NCBI RefSeq assembly: GCF_022045235.1
Contig: NW_027266271.1
Coordinates: forward strand, 30,752,001 to 30,816,000
DNA length: 64,000 nucleotides
Direction of reading: 5' to 3'
Source: Haliotis cracherodii
Lineage: Eukaryota
The notes under the pieces were generated by a model. It saw only the letters and a list, made by a program, of their open reading frames with translations, had not been told where the DNA came from and made no database searches. Position numbers and translations under genes: made by a program. Shown here in pieces: positions 52,001 to 61,000 of this stretch. Each line of letters opens with the position of its first letter. Position 1 is the stretch's first letter.

Positions 52001-55000
52001 GAGCCAGTGTGCAGCTGTCGTGAGGGGCACGTTCTCCTGAAGGACAAGATGCGATGTGTTGGTAGGTAGCTGGCCCTGGAAACCTGTGTCATAAAACATA
52101 TTCACAAATCTCATGGAATAAAAAATGGCATTCCGAAAGAAATATGATGTACATAGATAAAGTTATGAGAGATATGTGACCATCTTAATGGGAGGTTTCA
52201 GTTTTCACCATGTGTGTCAGTCCATGCCACTGTAATCTGTTTCAATCTAATTATTCTTGTCATTTCTGTTGAAACACCTTTGACTTGAATAAGGACATCA
52301 CTTCATTGTTGAATCTATTCCTGATCTCTTTGAAAAAGACTTGCAGTATTTCTTCATGAAACTGTCCACGGAATCTTTCAATCCCTTAGATGTGTTATCC
52401 CATCACGGGTGTGTCAGCAGAAAATCAAGGATGGTCAGACCCCTGGAGCTGGACAAACTGTTAAAGAATGTTAAAGTTATAATTACCCTTCCTCTTTTAC
52501 ATCATTGTTGAATTCCTCTATTTTGGCTGTCAATACGCTATAAAGATCTTCAGATTGTCAACAGATGTCAACAGATGTCCTCTTCACTGTCAACTATCCA
52601 TAATTAGTTCTGCCACATATAGTATCTCCCTTCCCAAGCTTCTTGCATGTGTAAAAGTAATTTTTACTTTAATCTTCCTCATCTGTTGGCAGATGCATCG
52701 GTCGTTAGTGGTTGTGGCATGAATGACTTTGTGTGTGATGACAAAAAGAGATGTGTTGACATCAGCAAGACATGCAACGTCATCAACGACTGCCTCGATG
52801 CCAGCGATGAGGACCCAGCCCTTTGTGGTCAGTACACTTCGTATATACTTCTCAGCTTTTGGTACGGATACTTAGATAGTTCATACTGATACGGAACCAA
52901 GGACAAGTATGTATGTACCTACATTCCTGTAATCAAGTTGGCAATGTGCCAGGTCAATATTGAAAACTATTTACATGACAACATCTTCAGGCCTTCTACT
53001 CCTACTTCTACTCTCAGATGTTCCAATAAAAAGTTAAGTGGTAGAATTGGTCCCCAGTAAGCCATGTTCATTGTGTGAGGCGATCAGAATGTACGAGGTG
53101 GTCAGGTGACTTGGCTGATTGCAGGCCTCCATGTTCCGGTGGCACGAGTTGTCCATGCAGCAGACGCGCCAGACTTGATTATTTACAGGCTGCCGCGATG
53201 CAGTTGGAATAGTGCTGACTGCAGCATAAAACAGCAAATTCTAAAAAGATCAGTCAAATGCAGTATTTCGTTTACTTCTCTTCTGCACTTTGCCCTCTAG
53301 AATGAAGGTAGTGTCCATGCATGTCGCTATGTAAGTACAATAATCATGGATGCCACGGTAAACCCTAGTTCACCTCACCTGTCGTGTTTAAAGTGGCGTT
53401 ATCCTCAACGCTTGGTGCCTCCCCCACACTTCACGGACTGTGTTTTATCTGTAGTGGGGACCAGGCAGTGCCCAGCGGACTACTTCACGTGCAGCAAGAC
53501 CGGGCGCTGTATAACCATCGACAAGATCTGCGACGGCAACACCGACTGTGGCTCGGATGATGAGTCAGATGAGTACAAGTGCCCCTGCAAGGTCAACGAG
53601 TTCCAGTGTGCCAACGGCAGGTGTATCAACCTCAAGTACAGGTGTGATCGGGACAGCGACTGCTCGGACCACTCCGATGAAATTGGATGTAGTAAGTTGC
53701 ATCTTCTTTCATTACGATCACAAAATAAAGTAGGTTAACTCCATGAAAATCCATGTTAGAAATGGTCTTCAGCAACCCATGCTTGTCTTAAGAGGCGACT
53801 ATGCTTGTCGTAAGAGGCAACTAACAGGACTGAGTGGTCAGACTCGCTGACTTGGTTGATGCTTGTCATCGTATACCAATTGTATTGATCGATGCTCTTG
53901 ATGTCAATCACTGGTTTGTTTGGTCCAGACACGATTATTTACAGACAGACGTCATATAGCTGGAATATTGCTAATAGTGCAGTGTTAAACAACAAATAGA
54001 CAGACAAGAAGTAAGTTAAATGGACTAGGAGTGGATGAAGTGATTCCAGGATTGAAGTTGAGGAAGGCAGTAAAGGGAGGTAACTGATGATGGTCTAATG
54101 TCACATACCTCTTGAAGTGTATTAGCCAATACACCAACAGTGTGATGAAGGTGCATCCCAGGCTGACATGGCTGTGTACCTGTGTGTATTTCAGACCTGA
54201 CATGCTCGGAGCTGGAGATCGACGGGGAATTCCTGGAAGGTCTGGTCTCCTGCAACACGACGTCCGCCTGCATCTACCCCAGCTGGAAGTGCGATGGCAG
54301 CAACGACTGTTGGGACAACAGTGACGAGGAGGACTGTGGCAAACGTAGTGAGAAATAGTCACATCTGATAGTAGCCGAAAAGTCTTCACATTTACAAAAA
54401 GTAGCTCTGTATATGAATTCACCTCTAACAAGCCCCTAGAGAATGAATTCACCTCTTGCAGGCCCATGGAGAATGAATTCACCTCTAGAAGGCCCCTAGA
54501 GAATGAATTCACCTCTAACAGGCCCCTAGTGAGAATGAATTCACCTCTAGCAGGCCCATAGAGAATGAATTCACCGCTAACAGGCCCCTTGTGAGAATGA
54601 ATTCACCTCTGACAGGCCCCTACAGAATGAATTCACCTCTTGCAGGCCCATGGAGAATGAATTCACCTCTAACAGGCCCCTACAGAATGATTTCACCTCT
54701 AACAGGCCCCTAGTGAGAATGAATTCACCTCTAACAGGTCCATATTGAAGAAGTCTGATTTTAATAGTGTATGTAAGGCCAGGGGTAAACCTGTGGGTAA
54801 CTATATTAGGTGTTCCAGGTTTTAACCCCCAAACATCTTAATAATGATTGTTGGGTTGTCAGCACCATACATGTGCTTGTGGATTTCACGAAAATGGTAG
54901 AGATCTAAGACCTGCATCACTTTTAGATTTCCACACACATCGAACTGACACGCTGTGATATAATTGGAATACCGTTCAAATTGGTGTTACACCAAGCTGA

Positions 55001-58000
55001 CTCACATGTATGGTCCTTTGTACCAGTATTGACCCGTGAAGATATATAGGTCTTCAGCAACCCATGCTTGTCCCCCGTGAGGATCTGGGCTAGAATAGGT
55101 CTTCAGCAACCAATGCTTGTCCCCCGTGAGGATCTGGGCTAGAATAGGTCTTCAGCAACCCATGCTTGTCCCCCGTGAGGATCTGGGCTAGAATAGGTCT
55201 TCAGCAACCCATGCTTGTCCCCCGTGAGGATCTGGGCTAGAATAGGTCTTCAGCAACCCATGCTTGTCCCCCGTGAGGATCTAGGCTAGAATAGGTCTCC
55301 AGCAACCCATGCTTGTCCCCCGTGAGGATCTGGGCTAGAATAGGTCTTCAGCAACCCATGCTTGTCCCCCGTGAGGATCTGGGCTAGAATAGGTCTTCAG
55401 CAACCCATGCCTGTCCCCCGTGAGGATCTGGGCTAGAATAGGTCTTCAGCAACCCATGCCTGTCCCCCGTGAGGATCTGGGCTAGAATAGGTCTTCAGCA
55501 ACCCATGCTTGTCCCCCGTGAGGATCTGGGCTAGAATAGGTCTTCAGCAACCCATGCTTGTCCCCCGTGAGGATCTGGGCTAGAATAGGTCTTCAGCAAC
55601 CCATGCTTGTCCCCCGTGAGGATCTGGGCTAGAATAGGTCTTCAGCAACCCATGCCTGTCCCCTGTGAGGATCTGGGCTAGAATAGGTCTTCAGCAACCC
55701 ATGCTTGTCCCCCGTGAGGATCTGGGGTAGAATAGGTCTTCAGCAACCCATGCTTGTCCCCCGTGAGGATCTGGGCTAGAATAGGTCTTCAGCAACCCAT
55801 GCTTGTCCCCCGTGAGGATCTGGGCTAGAATAGGTCTTCAGCAACCCATGCCTGTCCCCCGTGAGGATCTGGGCTAGAATAGGTCTTCAGCAACCCATGC
55901 CTGTCCCCCGTGAGGATCTGGGCTAGAATAGGTCTTCAGCAACCCATGCTTGTCCCCCGTGAGGATCTGGGCTAGAATAGGTCTTCAGCAACCCATGCTT
56001 GTCCCCCGTGAGGATCTGGGCTAGAATAGGTCTTCAGCAACCCATGCTTGTCCCCCGTGAGGATCTGGGCTAGAATAGGTCTTCAGCAACCCATGCCTGT
56101 CCCCTGTGAGGATCTGGGCTAGAATAGGTCTTCAGCAACCCATGCTTGTCCCCCGTGAGGATCTGGGCTAGAATAGGTCTTCAGCAACCCATGCTTGTCC
56201 CCCGTGAGGATCTGGGCTAGAATAGGTCTTCAGCAACCCATGCTTGTCCCCCGTGAGGATCTGGGCTAGAATAGGTCTTCAGCAACCCATGCCTGTCCCC
56301 CGTGAGGATCTGGGCTAGAATAGGTCTTTAGCAACCCATGCCTGTCCCCCGTGAGGATCTGGGCTAGAATAGGTCTTCAGCAACTCATGCCTGTCCCCCG
56401 TGAGGATCTGGGCTAGAATAGGTCTTCAGCAACTCATGCCTGTCCTCCGTGAGGATCTGGGCTAGAATAGGTCTTCAGCAACCCATGCTTGTCCCCCGTG
56501 AGGATCTGGGCTAGAATAGGTCTTCAGCAACCCATGCTTGTCCCCCGTGAGGATCTGGGCTAGAATAGATCTTCAGCAACCCATGCCTGTCCCCCGTGAG
56601 GATCTGGGCTAGAATAGGTCTTCAGCAACCCATGCTTGTCCCCCGTGAGGATCTGGGCTAGAATAGGTCTTCAGCAACCCATGCTTGTCCCCCGTGAGGA
56701 TCTGGGCTAGAATAGGTCTTCAGCAACCCATGCTTGTCCCCCGTGAGGATCTGGGCTAGAATAGGTCTTCAGCAACCCATGCTTGTCCCCCGTGAGGATC
56801 TGGGCTAGAATAGGTCTTCAGCAACCCATGCTTGTCCCCCGTGAGGATCTGGGCTAGAATAGGTCTTCAGCAACCCATGCTTGTCCCCCGTGAGGATCTG
56901 GGCTAGAATAGGTCTTCAGCAACCCATGCTTACTGTAACAGGCGACTATGCTTGTCGTAAGAGGCAACTTACAGGATTTGATGGTCAGGCTCCGTTGATG
57001 CATGTCATCGTATACCAGTTGTGTAGATTGATGCTCATGATATCAATCACTGGATTGTCTGGTCCAGACTCCATTATTTCCTGACGAAGCTACAACATGT
57101 CTGACTGGATGTCGTTCAAAAACCATCAGCGGGGGCAGTCAGTCGGGTAGCCTTGTGGTTAAAGCTTTGGCTTGTCATGCTGAAGATCTGGGTTCTATTC
57201 CAGACATGGGAACAATGTGTGAAGCCCATTTCTGCAGTTCCCAGCCGTGATATTGCTGGAATATTGCTAAAAGCGGCGTAAAACCATACTCTTTCACTCT
57301 TTCTTTAACAGCAGACACACCATGTCCGGACGGAGCGTTCGCCTGCAAGTCCGGGAGCTGCATACCCCCTCAGTGGAACTGTGACAAGGACAATGACTGT
57401 GGGGACAACTCCGACGAGAAGAACTGCAGTGAGTAGACGTGTTGTGTCATCTTGTCATGTCCTCTTTGTAATCGGCTTCAGAAGAATCCTCATTCCAGGG
57501 CAGGAGAGTTATTTCCCATTCTTAATTGGTCCAGGGCAGATGTCCCCAGTCCCCAGTCATGTCTCTTAAGCTTGGTTTCCTGACGGAAAATTAAGTAAGG
57601 CTAAAAAATATAATAGTCTTGGTTCTCAGGCACCACCCCAATCATCATAAAGTCACAAAGTAAAAATTTTTAAAAAATCATAATACTAAAAAACAATGCG
57701 ATCCAATCTACAACAGTTACTTCCCTTTACTTGCGCACTGCTTTACTACGCATCTCGTGTTATGGTCATGGCGGCAGTAGGACTTTGTATGCTTGTTTAT
57801 GTAGGGAGGCGCTTTCCCACATTGTTGGTACACAACTGCTTTTTGGTTAAATCCTAGTTTAAACAAGCAACAACAAAAAAACAACGCCCTCCCACAGTAT
57901 GTTTTCAAAAGTCATTGCCTGAGAACAAATTCTTTTATTTTTTTAAGCCTTGAATTAGCTTTAAACTATTCCCCTTCTCAGTCATAGCAAGCATTTGTTA

Positions 58001-61000
58001 GAGACTGTTTAAAATGCTGAGTGCTCGAATACCTCTCCACGTCAATGATGTTGCTAGTGTCAGCGTGACTTTGTTCCAGCCTATCTCTGTGATGAGAACC
58101 AGTTCAAGTGTGAGGACGCCACCTGCATCCCCAGCACCTGGCAGTGTGATGGCCACCCAGACTGCCCCGACGAGAGCGACGAGGGTGACCTCTGCAGTCA
58201 GTAGCCGTCTTATTACAACTTGTGTTTACTATTCAATTTCACAACCTTTCTGAGCTTATGAGGGTTTTCAGCATCGCCTGAATTTATTAATTTCAGTTAA
58301 ATGTTATTATTTGTTAAATTTGTGGTAATATCCTTTGAAAATCCTTCAGATACGTGGAACATTGTTGTAACGTGCTTGATGTTAAGGTCACAGGACAGTA
58401 AATTGATTCTGTTTGCTGGGAATATTCACTTCTTTATTCCAGCTTAGTTACCTATATATATGTTGTCAGAAAACCGCACGTGTGATCCCAACAAGTTCCA
58501 GTGTAAAAGTGGTCGGTGCATCCCGCTTACCTGGAAGTGTGATCGTGACACAGACTGTATCGATGGTGCCGACGAGGGGCACACATTTGCTGACTGCCCA
58601 GGTAAATTCAGATCGTACATGTGACTAAATTATAAAACTAAATTGGTCATAATTGTTGAGGAAATCCTAGAAATATTGGAATATTGGAATATTTTCAGAT
58701 ACCACTGTTTGACGTGTGTTCTTGTGTAAATGTCTGTTGCCATGCCCTGACAAAACTGACATGTTTCAGTTCCCCACTGTGTAAATGTCTGTTTCCATCC
58801 CCTGACAAAGCAATCATGTTTCAGTCCCTCACTGCGAGGCGGATGAGTTCTCCTGCTCCAACAAGCGCTGTATTCGCATGGCCTTCTACTGTGACCATGA
58901 CGATGACTGCGGAGACAACTCGGACGAACCTGAATCCTGTGGTGTGTAAACATAACATTTGTTTAAAACTTCCTTGTTGGAACGACTACTGTGCCCTCAT
59001 ACGATGGTGTTATCTGATTGATGCTCTTACGGTCGTAGATTGTCTACTCCTGGGTTAGAGCACGGTTCAAGATGTATTTCTATGCAATGAACAAAAAGGT
59101 TCGGGATCATGTTTATTTTGGGGATATTTTTTTGTAGTGAAGACTGAGCACACAATATCATTAAAATATCTCCAAAACATTTCATGATCCCAAAGGGGGG
59201 CATGGGTGGCCCAGTCGTCTAAGGCGCCGCGATTCGCTGTGCAGAGTTGTGTCCCTTGGGCACGCCAGAAACCTATGATTGTGGGTTTCGAATCCTCGTT
59301 CGCCCCGATTATGTTTCTAGGTTTGACAACACCATACCCGTGCTCGTGGGTTTCACCGAAGTGGTAAACATCTGAGACCTGCATCACTTCAGGCTTTCCT
59401 CCCACATTAAGCTGACATGCCGCGATATAACTGAAATACTGTTAAAAGCGGCGTAAAACCCAACTCACTCACTTACTCATGATCCCAAACCTTGTCTTGT
59501 TCATTATGTATGAGCTATTGCTGACTTTGGTATTTAAATTGACTCCCTTAAATAACAAATTCCATCATAAGATCTGAGGAACGACTGAGCCACATTGTCA
59601 GTGTCGGATACTGATCAAAACAAGGATTAGGTGGGTTTCAACAAAGTTATAAATGTCTTTAGACCTGCATCACTTCTGAATGTCCTCCCATGTCAAGCTG
59701 ACAAGCTGAGCTATAAGTGAAATACTGTTCAAAGCGGTGTTACGCCAAATTTACTAAATAGTCCAGTTCTCGAAGGCACTACTGTGCAGAGTTGGCCATC
59801 CCAGGATCCCTTGGTCATATACCACTGAGACAAGTTAAGGGCTGCCAAATGTTTCTGTACTATAGTTGATCTGTCATGTCAGTGATGTGAAAGAATCTGA
59901 TGGTCCTAAACTTTTCTTGGAGTAGTATAGTTTCTCATCATGTCTTGAATTTGATGATTGGTTTGTCAGCCGACTTGTATGTTTGATCATGTTAGTTCAG
60001 TATCTGCATCACTTAGGCCAGGGTAGAATAGGTCTTCAGCAACCCATGCTTGCTGTAAAAGGCGACTATGCTTGATGTAAGAGGCGACTTACTGGATCGG
60101 ATGGTCAGGCTCGCTGACTTGGTTGATGCATGTCATCTTATCCAAATTGCGTGGATTGATGCTTATGATTGTCTGGTTCTGACTTGAGTATATACAGACC
60201 ACTGTCATGTAGCTGGAATATTGCTGTGTGTGCGGCATTAAACAAACAAACAAAGATTCAACTGACATGATATTAGTGATATACTGATCAAGGCAGCCCT
60301 AAACCTGACTCCCTCACTCACCCCAGCCTGCTCCTCTTCCTCCCCAGCGGACCAGCGCTGTGCCCCCAATGAGTTCCAGTGTGCCAACAAGGGCAAGTGT
60401 ATCCCCGCTGAGGAGCGCTGTGACAACTACTTCGACTGCCCCGATCATTCAGATGAGAAGAACTGCGAGGTATTGCCATGTGGAAACGTGACACAATTCC
60501 AGTGCCAGAACAACGTCTGCATCGACGACGAACTCGTCTGCAACGGTAACAACGACTGCGGGGACATGTCAGATGAACCAGACAACTGTGGTGAGTTATC
60601 AGCGTGATGACAGAATGATTGATTGATGGAAGTCTGCAGAGTATGCAGCCCATTACTTTCTAATTCTCACCCATTAGACTTGAATCTCAAATATTTTTAT
60701 CATGAAAGAAGTTCCATTGTTTTATCATCCATGACTGTCTTCCACAGGAGTTATAGCTGCAATGAAATTGCATCACAATGCTTTGCAGACTATTGTGATA
60801 TCATAGGTTACCATGACATCGCAATCAAACTTGGCACTGAAGCATTCGTGACCAGCTCGTGTTATTCCAGGACAAGCCAAATAGTGACTTGTGCCCCCTT
60901 TTTGCGACTGGGTATCGTCAAAGCACAAATGGGCATAGTTAAACAAATTGTCAACTCATTGCATAATGATTCGCGTATATTTCCCCCATATATCATATAT

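Noticed and set aside
55033-56930. CRISPR-like appearance of regular arrays (also 4255, 17904, 38737)
   Set aside because: Units are head-to-tail with no unique spacers, there are no cas genes, and the context is spliceosomal introns.
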